IMG/VR virus record: IMGVR_UViG_3300024054_000362
Span: 62,001-126,000 of that record
Length of the DNA: 64,000 bases
Reading direction: 5' to 3' (one strand)
Position 1 is the first letter of the stretch. Every line of letters starts with the position of its first letter. A program made the translations under genes and the position numbers. The notes beneath the pieces were generated by a model. That model did no database searches. It worked only from the letters and a program-made list of their open reading frames with translations, and was not told where the DNA came from. Positions 46,894 to 58,824 of this stretch are shown here, piece after piece.

Positions 46894-49800
46894 ATGCAGC
46901 GTGCGGTCTGGAAGTGGGTGCTGGAGCCAGCGCTCAACGAGATCTCGATGCCGCGCGGCGCGCGGATTCTCACCGTTCAGCTTCAAGGCGACAAACCGGT
47001 CGTCTGGGCGCTCGTCGATCCAAACGCACCGTGTGAGGTTCGTAAGCTACGTGCGGTCGCGACGGGCATCGAGTGGTCGTGCGACGCGTTCCACTACATC
47101 GGCACGTTCCAGTTCAATCATGCGGTCCCGCTCGTGTTCCACGTATTCGAAGAACTGCGCGATTCGAATGAGATCTCCTGATGTCAGACGAAAAGCCCGA
47201 CAACCAGTGGTTGCTCGACGCCATCGAGCGCGCCAAGAAGAGCGCCCTCCCGGTCTTCCTGCGAACTCTCGTCGAAGATCCCGACGACGAGGTAGCTATC
47301 GAAGCGCTCTGTGACGCCATCGAGGTGAGCCTCTTGGCCATCACGGGCGACGTCACTGAAGAGAAGTTGCGCAACGCGCTTCGCGCGGTCGCTGAATCAC
47401 TCGCCGCGAACATCGGCTGCCAGTGGCAGAAGCTCGTCGACGCACTTCTCGGGACCATGGAGTGGCTTCCGCCGGACAAGTCGACGCACGTCATCGGCGG
47501 TCGGTAGAGAGGAACGAACATGTACAACCGAGACATCGAATTCATGACCCTGGATGAGATCAACACAGAGATCGCCGCTTTCAAGAAGTTGCCGATCGGA
47601 CAGCGGTCGGTACGCGATGCCGATCGCCTGCGAGATTTGGAATTTGCACAACGCCGCATCCGCGGTCTGCCCGGTCGGCGCTTCGGCTGTCGCTAACGCC
47701 GTGAACGCCTTCGCATTCTGTCGTCGATGTGGTGACGTCGACGTCGTACACGTCAACGGTGCTGGACGTGTCGTCGAGCACAACCATGTCTGCCGCACGT
47801 CGACAGCACCCGCCACCAAGTACACCAGTCGCCGGGTCTACTTCCGCGCCCGCAACGGACTGATCCGATGCGTGCCCGTGTCCCTGTAGGAACTTCATGA
47901 AGCACGAACAGCTGCTCGCGATCCTCGCCGACATCAAAATCTTCGATCGGCTCTTCATCGCGACGCCCTCGGACCGAGGGGGATGGCATCTTCAGGTCAC
48001 GTATCCTGAGGCCGACGTCGAAACTGGTCAGATCGAGCCACAGTACTCGCGCAAGTGGTTCATCGAGCCCGACGCGACCGAGAGCGACGTCGTCGCCACG
48101 GCCTACGCCGCCACACGGCGCAGCTATAAGCACGTGGTGCAGGAGCATTTTACGTACAAGGGCCATCGCGTCTTCTCGCCGCACTTCACGGTCGATCAAC
48201 GTTTGCGCATGTGCGAAGAGAGTGACGGCGTCAAACGCACGCAACAAATCGTCGAAGGCAAGGCAAGGCGTTCTATCGCGCAGAGCATCACCGAAGTGAT
48301 TCTCGGATCGTTCGAGTTCGTGCTGAGGATGGGGAAGTTCGACGACGCCGACGTTCTACTCACGCAGCTCAACATCGCGACCTTGCCGCCCGAGGCGTTG
48401 TTGAGTGCGTTGTCGATCACGTTTCACGCCAAGGACAAGCTCAAGAACCGCGAAACGTTCTTGGTGCAGGTCGAAGCGCGGCTCCGCGCCGATCTCGGTG
48501 ACGTGCGCACGGAAGACCTGCTCAAGCATCGTCGATGACCGCTGAGCGACCGCTGTCGAAGACGCAAGTTCGCATGCTGCGTCTCGTTCGCGAAGGTGAA
48601 CCGTACGATCGCGGCGCCTACGGCATGTCCGGTCACGCTGGCGTCGAGAGTACGCTGCACTCGTTGGAGCGTCGCGGACTTCTAGCGACGCTCGATCGCG
48701 AGGTCGTCATCACCGCTGCGGGACGCGTCGCGTTGATGGAGATCTCCGACGAGGACTGACGGTTGCTAGGTTACTCTTGACTTGCTAGGCTCGGGTGCAG
48801 TACTTGGAGGGTGCCGTGGGCATGCATTTCGAAATGCCGACCATTGAACTGTCGCCCGAGAACGTGGCGAAGAACGCGCACGAGATCGCGGCAGCGCGTG
48901 TCACGCTGAAGGCGATGTTGAAGGCTTTGGACGGCTACGAAAACGCCAACCTGGCGATCTGCGATCACGAAGGCAGTATCGAGGTCTGGAAGGGCGCAAA
49001 CTACGGCGGATACAGCCCCGAGCGCTACCTTCGTTGCCCGAAGTGCAGACACGATCGGAGGGCCTGATGGTCGAGCCGAAGTACCCGAAGTGGATCGTCA
49101 TCTACAACATCCACACGCCGGGCAGTGATTGGCTCGGGAAGAGCGTCGAGTTTTTCGACGATGCGGTTCCCGCTCGCGCACGCAGTCACGAAACCAGCGG
49201 CTCGTGTCGTCCGTTCTACCCTCCGTACGACCGGCAGTATCTCGCCGCCACACAAGGCTACAAGCCGGCCGTGTCTTGGGAGGACTACATCAAGGAGTGC
49301 AATGACGCTACGTAGCCGCAAGAGGGCGGCCAAGGCGCTCCTTCTGATCGTCCTGAAGGAATTCAAGGTGACGTTCACCGACGTCCAACTGCTCAACGGC
49401 ATGCGTCGCCTCGCGGCGCAGGCACAACGTCAAGGGCTCACGCCAGATGACCTGGTTACACGCAACGGCTACGACGCCTTCATCGTGATCGCGCGCGCGA
49501 TCGCCCACCAGCAGGCACGAAACGGTGATGTGGGCGCCGAGTGGGCGCTCGTGATCGCGCTTGCCGAGCCCAAGACCAAACGCCCGAAGAAACAGGAATT
49601 GCTCGCTGTATGACGTTCGAACGACTCAACCGCATCGGCCACGACGGCGGACCGTTGTGGACCATGCGCCTCAACAAGAACGGTTACGGTGAGCGAGGAC
49701 GCAACCGCGCGCTCGTTTTCGAACCAACGCAATCGCGAAACCCGTCACGAGGTGCCGAGTTGTACTTCTGGATGGAAGAAGACCGTCCACGTTTGTATTG

Positions 49801-52800
49801 GCGCGTCGATTACGACAGGGAGATGGCACGACCACCGGCCACGACAACTCCAGAGTTTGTCGTTGACCGCGTCGAGGTCAACAACTCACGGCGCGTTCTC
49901 GGATCAGCGTCCCCTTACGAGTACATCTGTGTGCGCGCTCTCGCCACTAGCGAACTGCTCGGTGAGAGTGCGACGTCCGCCGTGTACAGCATCTTCTGGC
50001 AGAACTTCGTCGAAAATGACGGCGGTCTGCACTACTTGCACCGGTTCGCGGATCGCGAGACCGCCAACTACTACGCGCGTCAACGGCTGCTTCGTTACAT
50101 CGGACACGACGGCCCGCAAGCCCACTACGTAGCGCGCTCTCTCGTCGAGGATTCGATGACGCATGACCACGCGCTCGCCGAACGATTCTCGATGCGACTC
50201 GTACGTGATCGAAACCTGGTCGCAGCCATCGAAGCGATTGGGATGACGAACGACGACAAAGACACGCAGCATACCAACGTCCGTCGTATCGTCGAGCTGA
50301 ACGCGAGCCGCATGGATCACGTCATCACGCGTGTCGTCGATACGACGCGTGACAAACAAGCGCTGCTCGGGCTCCGTGCCTGTCAGCGCATCGAAGCCGA
50401 CGCAACGTTCTTCGCCGCGTGCGACGCGTACGTGCTCGCCCATCCCGACGGCAAAGGCCTCAGCAAGATGTTGAGACCGCACTGCCCGACGCCCAAAACG
50501 CACTGGCCGCCGGATTCGTCGCGGTACGACACCGATGAGACCGAAGCGGACCTCGACGATCCCTCCGACGACGAGGAGTCACAAGATGCCGCCTGAGAAC
50601 CATCACACGCGCGAACCCCATCAGCCAACCTACGCGATCCTCGTCGACGGTACGTACTACTGCAGCCACTGCAGCGCGAATCATCATCAACGCTCCGCCA
50701 TCCCCTACGAGATCAAGCTCACGCGAACAGGACCCGGTGCTGTCGAGTTCAAGCTGACGATCGACGGCAGCGCCTACGGCACCATGCCGTTCGACAACCT
50801 GGTGAAAGCTGCGACGCGCATCGATCCTGATCATGCCGTCGGTCCCGAGAAGCAGATCCGCGAGCTTCGTGAAGAGGTCGCGAAGGCTCGTGCTGCGATG
50901 TACGACCAGCAAGCGCGCGCCGATCAAGCTGAACAACGCGTTCACGCCCTCGAAGCTGAGCTGAAGCAAAAGAACGATGCGACCGACTGACACCACGCCG
51001 ATTCAGGATCCGCGCAACGCCGTCGGTCTCATGATCGACGTCGCCGAGCTTACGATCCCAACCGACGACAGCATCCCGGACGTGACGAACAGCGTGTTCA
51101 TCACAGCGCGCGACCTCGGGCGCGAGTTTTCCAGAGCATCGCGCCGCGTGTTCAACGGCTACCGACGACAGGACGGCGCGGATCTCTATGAACGCACACA
51201 ACGCGTCTACCGCGACGAACTACGAGACCACAGCAAATTGATGATTCGTCCAGGTTCGGCCGCCGAACGAACGTCGACCATCACACATCTCTTCGAGCGC
51301 GCGCTCGGCATCGCCGAGCTGGTCATGCGCAATTTCGACGGCTGGAAGGCCTACACGCACGAACAGGTCCCCCCACGCAGTCCGTATAGCGGCGTCCGCG
51401 CGACTACTCCTGCCCTTTGGGCCAAGACCTGGCACGACTTCGTCAGCACAGCCCTTCGTGCCGGCGTCGACGGCACCAAGATCGAACTGATCGAATGCAA
51501 CTGGCGCTTTCGCGATCTGACCGACCGCAAACATCGTGGCCTCAACCGTCGCGCTGCCTTCGAAGCTGCTTGGCTCGTCGGCAACTACAAGTTCGCCAAG
51601 CAACTGCTCGAATGAAAGGACGAACATGACTGTCTCTGTTGCCCTCTCCGAAGCCCTCCGCGCCGAGATCCGAACCGCCCTCGAAGCCGACGGCAAGCCG
51701 TTCTCGATCGCCGTCGCACGGCGCGTCTACGACATCGCGATCGCGGCCCGAGATCTGCTCGTGACTGCTTCCGGCAACAGCGTTGGAAGCGCGATCGAAG
51801 CCGTCGAGGACGCACAAGGCCCGCTCGACAACATCAGCGGACCGTCAGCGACGCCTGCACCATCCATCGTCGCCGAGACCTACGGCGCTCGCATGATCCG
51901 TGAGCTGCTTGCCGCACTTCCAATGCTGCGTGGTGAGACTCAGTCGCCGCCAGGCGAAGACCCCAAGGCGCTCGTTCACGCACTCGCAGAAGCTCGTCGG
52001 CATGGCATGAACGACATCGGTGACGAGCTGGAGCGGAAGCTGTTCGGCCGCGTCCTCACGGTGCCCAAAATGATCTCGGACGCACCTCCCGACGACTTCC
52101 CCAAAGACAGTTTCGAACAAGGCTTCGTCGACGGTCAGGACGGCCTACCGCCGGACGTCGACACGTCCGAGTACAAGGCTGGGTATCAGGAGGGCGTGCA
52201 CGCGCGGTACATCACGCCGTTTCGATTCGAGCCGCCGCGTTGCTCGATGTGCGCAGCCGAACGCAGTGATCGCAAGGCGTCCGACTGCGAACTTCGCAAG
52301 GCCAAAGCTCTCAAGCTCACAAGCGGCGAGTGCATCCGTGTCGTTGCGGGCGGTCCGTTCGAACGATGGGGACAGAAGGCGAAAACGCTTCAACGCGAGT
52401 TTCGTGTCTGCTCGATCGGCGGCGCCGGGAAGGCTGCTTCGATTCAGATCTCGACGCCGGACATTCCCGATCCAGACATGCCCGGCGAGCGAACGACACG
52501 CAAGATCCTCGTCGGCGACGTCAACAAGATGTGCCGCTTCGGCTGGCCGCAGGTCTCCTACGAGTCGGATCTGGAGCCGTACAAGAAGAACGTCAAAGAA
52601 ATCCATGGACGTCGGCGGTCACGTTCTCGGCGCAAGAGGAGCCGCTAGTCATGGCGCGCAAGAAAGCGGCACGTGAAGCATCCGGGCAACAGCAGAAGCA
52701 GGTGGCACGCGCTGCGGAGCAGCGCATGTTCAACGTCTGCAACACCTTCAACGAGATCCAATCCGGCCCCAACCCGCTCACGCAGGCCGAGATCGAGAAG

Positions 52801-52863
52801 CTGATCGCGAAGCGTCCTGACGTCTACGGCGTCTTGCGCGCCTGTTCACGAAGGAGAAGCTAG
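46894..52863 (+). other. array of co-oriented hypothetical early genes (e.g. 46894-47181, 47181-47507, 47897-48538, 48535-48759, 49610-50596, 50977-51615, 51626-52648)
   Basis: abutting plus-strand ORFs with no recognisable motifs. Confidence 0.55.
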
Positions 52864-53214
52864 CCATGGCGCACAAGAGCACGCTATCCGTAACGGGCAG
52901 GGCCATCGCGAACTACGTCCGCGACGATCGTGCGACAGGCGAAACGGCAAGGGCTTGAGCCCATAGACATCGATGCCGCGAACGGCGATCCCAAACGCCT
53001 GTTCGACGGTCAGAAGGGTGTCGAGGCGTTGGAGGCGATCGCTGCAGTGATCTTGCGGCCCGATCCAAACGATTCTATCGACGGCGTTCTAGGTCCGCGC
53101 GAAACGACCATCCGCGTAGCACTTTCCGACGAGTGGCGTCATGTCGTCCAGGCCGCCGCTCGCATCCTCGCTAGGGCAGTAGATGCTAGGTTCGGCGGCC
53201 TGTAAACTTGCGTC

Positions 53215-53877
53215 ATGGGCAAGAAATTCTGGAAAGGCGGCGGCAACGTCACCGAGTCGTGGCGTTCGTCGCTGGAGAAGATCGCCGACTGGGTGCCCGT
53301 CGACTTCTTGCTCGGCTGGATCGATGTCGAGTCGAACGGCATCCCGACCATCATCGAGCTTGGCGCTGACCCGCGCGGCGAGCGTGGCCTCTTCCAGGTT
53401 CACCCCGACGAGCGTGAATATTTGGGCCTGACGCAGGAACAGTTCGAGGCACTGACGAAAGACATCGGTCTTGCGCTACGTACGGGCGTGAAGCACGCCA
53501 AGATGTTCGCGTACCAGGCCAAGCGTGCGCTCAACAACGTCGGTCAGGAGTGGCACGGGCGCGACTTCTGGAAGCTCGTGAAGCTCTATCACGGCGCGTT
53601 CGGCATGCCGAACACTGCCGTCAACGCGTTCAAGCGTTCCAAAGGACGCGGTCCTGACACGTGGGACGAGTTGATGGCGTTCGCCCTCGATGAGGCCAAG
53701 AACGGTCGCGCACTCGATCCCGCCAACCCACAGCTCTCGACGACACTTCGCAACCTCACCAAAAGCACCTTCGAAAACGCGCAAGACACGGGTGAGCGTT
53801 CCGAGCTGCCGATTATCGCGCGCAGCACGGTGTCGTCGGTCGCCCCAGTGTTGCGACAGGGCGGCCTCTTGCTCTAA
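53215..53877 (+). CDS. lytic transglycosylase (SLT/lysozyme-like)
   Basis: GWIDVESNG (catalytic Glu), GERGLFQV, LYHG. Confidence 0.7.
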   Translation: MGKKFWKGGGNVTESWRSSLEKIADWVPVDFLLGWIDVESNGIPTIIELGADPRGERGLFQVHPDEREYLGLTQEQFEALTKDIGLALRTGVKHAKMFAYQAKRALNNVGQEWHGRDFWKLVKLYHGAFGMPNTAVNAFKRSKGRGPDTWDELMAFALDEAKNGRALDPANPQLSTTLRNLTKSTFENAQDTGERSELPIIARSTVSSVAPVLRQGGLLL

Positions 53878-54191
53878 TGGCGCTGTACGGTCCCTACGGC
53901 GCGATGGTGGCGCTTCTCAAAAAGACCTACTCGGTGGAGGAGTACTTGACCCGCGAGAAAGAGCTTGGCGTCTGGACGTACCCGCACTTCGTGCGATACC
54001 TGCGCGCGTTGATCCCACATCTCACGCCCGAGCCGCATCACACCGTGAAGCAGCTCCTCACAGCACTCGACAGCGGCACGCTCAACAACCCGACGCCGAC
54101 AGCCCTGCGATCGCTACAAACTGTCCCGCCGAACAAAAACAGCCCCGGCCAGGCTGCGCGCGTAATCGCGAACGCGATTTGCGACATCTGA
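53877..54191 (+). CDS. hypothetical protein
   Basis: start overlaps the upstream stop (TAATG). Confidence 0.5.
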   Translation: MALYGPYGAMVALLKKTYSVEEYLTREKELGVWTYPHFVRYLRALIPHLTPEPHHTVKQLLTALDSGTLNNPTPTALRSLQTVPPNKNSPGQAARVIANAICDI

Positions 54192-54347
54192 GCTTGCTGC
54201 GCCCGACCACGTGCTCTCGTTCAGCATGGTCCCGAACGACATGCTCTTCATCGACAACACGGCGATCGCGCACGATCGCGACGCCTATATCGATGATCCG
54301 ACCGCGCCGCGTCTCATGTTGAGGCTCTGGCTATCCGAGAGGCAGCC

Positions 54348-54779
54348 ATGACCGACACGAACGACGATCCCCCGAGCGAGATCCTTCCAGGCCAGCTTTA
54401 CATGGGTAGACACCAGCAGCCCGGCACGTTGACTGCGTTCGACGTCGTCATCGGCGTGTCGAAACAGAAGCCGGTCTACGTCATCGATCATCCACATGCG
54501 ATCGTCATCCACGTCCCACTTCAAGACGAAGGACCGCCAACGCCAGAAGAGCGTGTTGCCGCCCGCGCGGCGGCCCAACTTGTCAACCAACACATCGACG
54601 CCGGCAAGAAGGTCTACGTGAGCTGTTCGATGGGCCAGAATCGATCCGGCTGGGTCGTCGGTTTGGCGCTCCGCGCTCGCGGCTACTCTGGCGTAGCGGC
54701 GGTCTTGTTGATGCGTGAACGGCGAAGCTACGCAGTGCTCAACAACGAGTTCTTCGAGCGCGACGTGAAGCGAGACTGA
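54348..54779 (+). CDS. dual-specificity phosphatase-like protein
   Basis: SEILPGQLYMG, PLQD, VYVSCSMGQNRS (Cx5R). Confidence 0.85.
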   Translation: MTDTNDDPPSEILPGQLYMGRHQQPGTLTAFDVVIGVSKQKPVYVIDHPHAIVIHVPLQDEGPPTPEERVAARAAAQLVNQHIDAGKKVYVSCSMGQNRSGWVVGLALRARGYSGVAAVLLMRERRSYAVLNNEFFERDVKRD

Positions 54780-55005
54780 TCATGGAGACGCACATCTCGT
54801 TCTGCGACCGCGTGACCGGCGTCGTTCTCTACGGCGTGAACGGTTCCTTCGATCATCTTCCGCGACAACATGAGCACGTGCTCGTCGAGCACGTTCGCTA
54901 CACCGTCGATCGCGTTGAATGGTGGTTCGACTTCACGAACGATCGTGTTGTAGTCAAGGTTCTCATCGGCAAGCTCATGGACGAACCCGAACGAAAGGAG
55001 CGCAC

Positions 55006-55248
55006 GTGAAGAAGACCATCAAGAAGCTGACCCTCAAGACCGAGACCATCAAGCAACTCAACGACGTCCAGCTCGGACAGGTCGCTGGAGGTATGACCGG
55101 TAGTATCTGTGTTGGGTGCTCGGGAACCGTGTGCCCAAGCGGCGGCCAGAACCCGTGCCCGCAGAGCGTGACGCTGTGTTCCGGCCTCAACTGCACCGCC
55201 AACACATGCGTCACGGCGTGTGGGAGTTGTCAGGGGTGCAACGGGTGA
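55006..55248 (+). CDS. Cys-rich double-glycine RiPP (lanthipeptide-like) precursor
   Basis: AAGGAG RBS; leader KKLTLKTETIKQL..QLGQVAGG; core with 10 Cys and many Ser/Thr. Confidence 0.75.
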   Translation: MKKTIKKLTLKTETIKQLNDVQLGQVAGGMTGSICVGCSGTVCPSGGQNPCPQSVTLCSGLNCTANTCVTACGSCQGCNG

Positions 55249-55423
55249 GAACAGGCGTTCCCGTCGGGATCGTGATCGTCTCCCGTCGGGACGGTGATCG
55301 TCTCCGTCGGGATCACCGTCCCGGCCGGAATCAGAATCGCCGGGATGACCTCGAACCATGTCGAGTGCGCCGCGCAGCGGCCGGTCTGAGCCGCACAGTC
55401 GCGACAGAAACGCCATGGCTCGG

Positions 55424-55741
55424 TTACGAGTTGCACGACCGAACCTCTGCAACTCGCTTGGTGCCGAGCGGATGCTCGCCGAGCGGCGTGCCCGATTCCC
55501 ACAACCGGTGATAGCTCTTGGGGGTGACCGGTGGCGGTTCGATCGTCACGCCACGCGTTGCGTAGTCCGCAACCGCCGCGTCGCGGATGTCGAACATGTC
55601 GCCGAGCGCGGCGACAGCATCGAGTGCTGTCTCGTCGGGGAGGACTTGCGTGGCGAGATCTTCTTCGAGAGCTTGCGCAACCCACACAGGGACGTGTTCG
55701 CCGCTCGATTCGCGTTTCACGAGCACACGGAGTTTAGTCAT
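55424..55741 (-). CDS. HicB-like protein
   Basis: LRVLVKRE..WVAQALEEDLATQ..ALDAVAAL. Confidence 0.45.
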   Translation of the reverse strand: MTKLRVLVKRESSGEHVPVWVAQALEEDLATQVLPDETALDAVAALGDMFDIRDAAVADYATRGVTIEPPPVTPKSYHRLWESGTPLGEHPLGTKRVAEVRSCNS

Positions 55742-56037
55742 CCCGAGAGCTTAACGGGAAACTTCTCCGCAAGGCGCGCGACGCACGCCGCGTCAAGATC
55801 GACGACGTTCTGTCCAAACCGCGCGGCGCAAATGACGAGATCGGCGAGATACTTCCCGATCTCGTCGGTGCGAAGCGCGTGTCGTTCGTGCTCCGCGTCG
55901 TTCAACGCCGAAGCGACCTTGCCGAGCGCCTTGGTTATGTGAAGAAGTGCGTGCTCAGGATCCGAGAGATGGCACGGGTTGTCCTTTTGGCTGCCCCACC
56001 GGTCGTTCACTTCGCACTGCAGCTCCTTGAGATCCAT
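55738..56037 (-). CDS. MazG-like helical protein
   Basis: MDLKELQ..HALLHITKALGKVA..YLADLVI. Confidence 0.55.
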   Translation of the reverse strand: MDLKELQCEVNDRWGSQKDNPCHLSDPEHALLHITKALGKVASALNDAEHERHALRTDEIGKYLADLVICAARFGQNVVDLDAACVARLAEKFPVKLSG

Positions 56038-56080
56038 GTTCGTGCCTCACGGATTTGATGCTCGAACGGCGCTGCACGCT

Positions 56081-56365
56081 TCAGGTTGTAAGTCGTCCCC
56101 AGTCGTCGAGCTGCACGAATTCGTGGAACGTACATGGTGGGAACGGACAGACATACGACGGCGACACCGTGCCGTCATCGGCGACCGTGTGGTTGTGACC
56201 GACCATCGAGACTTTCTTGCAGATCGGGCAGGCACACTCCGCCCAGAAACGCTGCGTCGGCGTCTTCAGGTGATATGCCTTCCACATCTCGGCGATGCGG
56301 CGATACGTACCCGGCACCGTCGGGAGATCGTGATCATTCGCGACGCGTCGGAACAGGAACATCAC
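56081..56365 (-). CDS. small Zn-binding protein
   Basis: CPIC..H..VSPSYVCPFPPCTFH. Confidence 0.5.
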   Translation of the reverse strand: MMFLFRRVANDHDLPTVPGTYRRIAEMWKAYHLKTPTQRFWAECACPICKKVSMVGHNHTVADDGTVSPSYVCPFPPCTFHEFVQLDDWGRLTT

Positions 56366-56407
56366 TTCGCCTGATCGTCGGGATCGACCGGCAAGCCGGG
56401 CAGTTTC

Positions 56408-57061
56408 TCACGACACTTGGGACAGACCATCGTGAGCGTCGACTTGCCGAGCCGACCTCCGGCGCCGATCCAGCCGTAATGAATTTTCAGAAAGCGCATC
56501 ACGAACGCGCGCGGATCTGAGACGTGCCTGCCGAATGCGAAGTCCCCGCTCTTGATCAGTTGCTCCTTGGCGTACTGAACGTCGACCTTGACGCGTGCCC
56601 TGCACTCGCACTGAACGGTGACCACGGCCACACACTGTACCGCGTGACGGGCGTAGCGCGACGCGATCAACGAGCCAGACGATTCCTTCGACGGCGACAC
56701 CGAGGATGCCCCACAAGAGACCGTGATCGAGATCGATGCAGCCGGCCCACGGGTTCGCGCAATTCTGATTCGAGTAGTCCCACGAGCACGATCCGAAGAC
56801 GCGACGGTTGATCTGACAACCGGCGAATTCAACGCCCGTCAACAACGCTGAGTAGATCGGCACGCGCACGATCCATGGCAGCTTGTCGAGGTACGGCCGC
56901 GTCGCCATGATGGTCATGCCGCCGAAGGCGTACACAGGAAGAAACGGGATTTGGACGCCGTCGAAGACCGTCGAAAAGCGCGGTCCGAAGAAGACATTCT
57001 CTAGTGTCCAGCCGCCAACGCCGAACAGCGTTCCCTGGAGCGCAAGTTCGGCGGCGTCCAT
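56408..57061 (-). CDS. CmpB/DUF1113-like membrane protein
   Basis: GWTLE, PFLPVYAFG, TGVEF, WDYS, AGCI; 3' end uncertain. Confidence 0.6.
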   Translation of the reverse strand: MDAAELALQGTLFGVGGWTLENVFFGPRFSTVFDGVQIPFLPVYAFGGMTIMATRPYLDKLPWIVRVPIYSALLTGVEFAGCQINRRVFGSCSWDYSNQNCANPWAGCIDLDHGLLWGILGVAVEGIVWLVDRVALRPSRGTVCGRGHRSVRVQGTRQGRRSVRQGATDQERGLRIRQARLRSARVRDALSENSLRLDRRRRSARQVDAHDGLSQVS

Positions 57062-57414
57062 CAGTGCACCGTCTCCTCGACGAACATGCTCTTGCCCGTC
57101 TTCACATCGCAGTGCGCGCAGCCCCACGCTGGGATGTCTTCACAGCCTGGCGTCGCCGTGATCACGGTGTCGATCGTGTATTCGTGTTCGAGACGCGTGA
57201 AACTGCAGCGGCCGGTCAGGATGCGCACGATGTCCCAGGCCATGAAGACGGCGCCTTCGGGTGTCGGATCACATCCGATCTGAACGCCGCACGAGAGGCC
57301 GATAATCTTGGCAACCCACAAGTTGTCATCGCCGATCGACTTCTCGACGACGATCGTGAACGGCTGCTTGATGTCGATCAGGCCCTTGTCGATACGGCGG
57401 CGCACGTCATCCAT
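57061..57414 (-). CDS. HicB-like protein
   Basis: FTIVVEK..WVAKI..TPEGAVFMAWD. Confidence 0.4.
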   Translation of the reverse strand: MDDVRRRIDKGLIDIKQPFTIVVEKSIGDDNLWVAKIIGLSCGVQIGCDPTPEGAVFMAWDIVRILTGRCSFTRLEHEYTIDTVITATPGCEDIPAWGCAHCDVKTGKSMFVEETVH

Positions 57415-57673
57415 CCTAGAACGTCTTGTGCGTGTGTTCTACGGGTCCCATCGAACAGCGCCGCTCCCAACGATCAGTCCCGTCGACGGGCTCGTGCACC
57501 ATGTCTGTGAAACGACCGCAGTTGTAACAGATGTCCGAGTGAACCTGGCCGCAGTTGCACTCGAACACGAACGCCTCGTAGCAGCCGCACCTCGTACAAG
57601 GCTTGTCGGAGATGTAGATCGGCGTGTTGCCGTTTTTCGTGACGATGTTGGTCGGCGTCTTCACGCGACGACT

Positions 57674-58519
57674 TTACCGACGTCGGCGGCGGCGTGACAG
57701 ATCCTTCGGCGCAGGGCACGTCAGCCGGTAGCGCACGCAGCCATCGCGTCCCGCCGTCGCCATCCAGTCGGGCACCTCATCCTCGTCGACGGCGCGCATA
57801 TCAGAGACGCACGACGCGCGACCCTTCTTGACCTGCTTCTGCCAGAAACCCTGTGACATCGCCGAGCGTTCGACGTCGCTGTGCAGTGGTTCCTTGAACG
57901 TCTTGCACGCGAACTGTGCAGCCTGCTCGTAGAGCTTGGTACCGACGCCGCAACGTTTCATCTCAGCAGCGACACGAATGTCGGAAACATAGGGGACGCC
58001 TTCGCCGTAGACAACGATCGCCTGCCCAACGCTCTCGCCGTTGACGATTGCGGCGATCGCCGCGCCGCGAATGCCGCTGCCTTTCGGTGGTTGGCGCGTT
58101 TCGAATTTGACCACTGGACACGAATCGGCGAGCTGTCGGCGACGTTTCATGGTGAACCTCCGTAGCGTTCTTCCGAGCGCAGCCACAAAACCCGTAGCAT
58201 TCGGATCGATCAACCCTGTTACATCGATCGCACGCACCGTCGACATTCCACGACGCTGTGCCTCGGCGACGCGATGACCACCATCAATCAGCTTGCCGTC
58301 GGCGATGACAACGGGCGGTAGGTTCAACGGGTCGTACGAGCGCGTCTGAGCGGCGGGATACCCCGAGACGTCGATGCGCGCGATGTCGATCTCGCGAAGC
58401 GGGACCGTTCGCGCCTCGAACCCACGCTGGGTGGCTCTTGGGTTGACGCCGGTCGCGTGCAGGCCGAACAACTCCTCGCGCATGTCACGCGGAAGATCTC
58501 CGATGCGCATCCGCTTCAT
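57674..58519 (-). CDS. ParB-like N-domain + GNAT acetyltransferase
   Basis: PPVVIADGKLIDGGHRV; VAAEMKRCGVGTKLY..GFW; internal GGAGG-ATG at 58150. Confidence 0.7.
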   Translation of the reverse strand: MKRMRIGDLPRDMREELFGLHATGVNPRATQRGFEARTVPLREIDIARIDVSGYPAAQTRSYDPLNLPPVVIADGKLIDGGHRVAEAQRRGMSTVRAIDVTGLIDPNATGFVAALGRTLRRFTMKRRRQLADSCPVVKFETRQPPKGSGIRGAAIAAIVNGESVGQAIVVYGEGVPYVSDIRVAAEMKRCGVGTKLYEQAAQFACKTFKEPLHSDVERSAMSQGFWQKQVKKGRASCVSDMRAVDEDEVPDWMATAGRDGCVRYRLTCPAPKDLSRRRRRR

Positions 58520-58824
58520 GGCGTTCCTCTCCGACGTTTCGCGCGCCTGCGTCGCGCGAGTGCCGCCGGTCGTTGGAGCAGCGTCGGGTCGGCCATGAAG
58601 CTGTGGGCCCACGCCTGACGGTAGTTGCAGACGGGGCACTTCCAGCCTTCGGACGTCGCGACAAGTTGACCGTTGTCTTCGTCGTGCTGCTCAGCGTACG
58701 CGCTGTGCGCGGCGTTACCGCGGTCGCGCCCACACGTGAATGGGTGGAACGCGCCGGATCGTTGGTACGCGTTCAACGCGTCGACCTGCTCCGGCGTCCA
58801 TGGTTGGTAGATCTCGTCGGTCAC
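58516..58824 (-). CDS. hypothetical Zn-ribbon phage protein
   Basis: HPFTC..GWKCPVCNYRQAWAH. Confidence 0.55.
   Translation of the reverse strand: MTDEIYQPWTPEQVDALNAYQRSGAFHPFTCGRDRGNAAHSAYAEQHDEDNGQLVATSEGWKCPVCNYRQAWAHSFMADPTLLQRPAALARRRRAKRRRGTP

Noticed and set aside
55259-55330. Short ~22-nt direct repeats (CCCGTCGGGA..GTGATCGTCT) as a CRISPR array
   Set aside because: No unique spacers and no cas genes. It includes a GACGGTGATC/GATCACCGTC hairpin between convergent genes, so it is more likely a terminator or low-complexity DNA.
55424-57414. Complete HicAB toxin-antitoxin system
   Set aside because: Two weak HicB-like ORFs but no convincing HicA partner.
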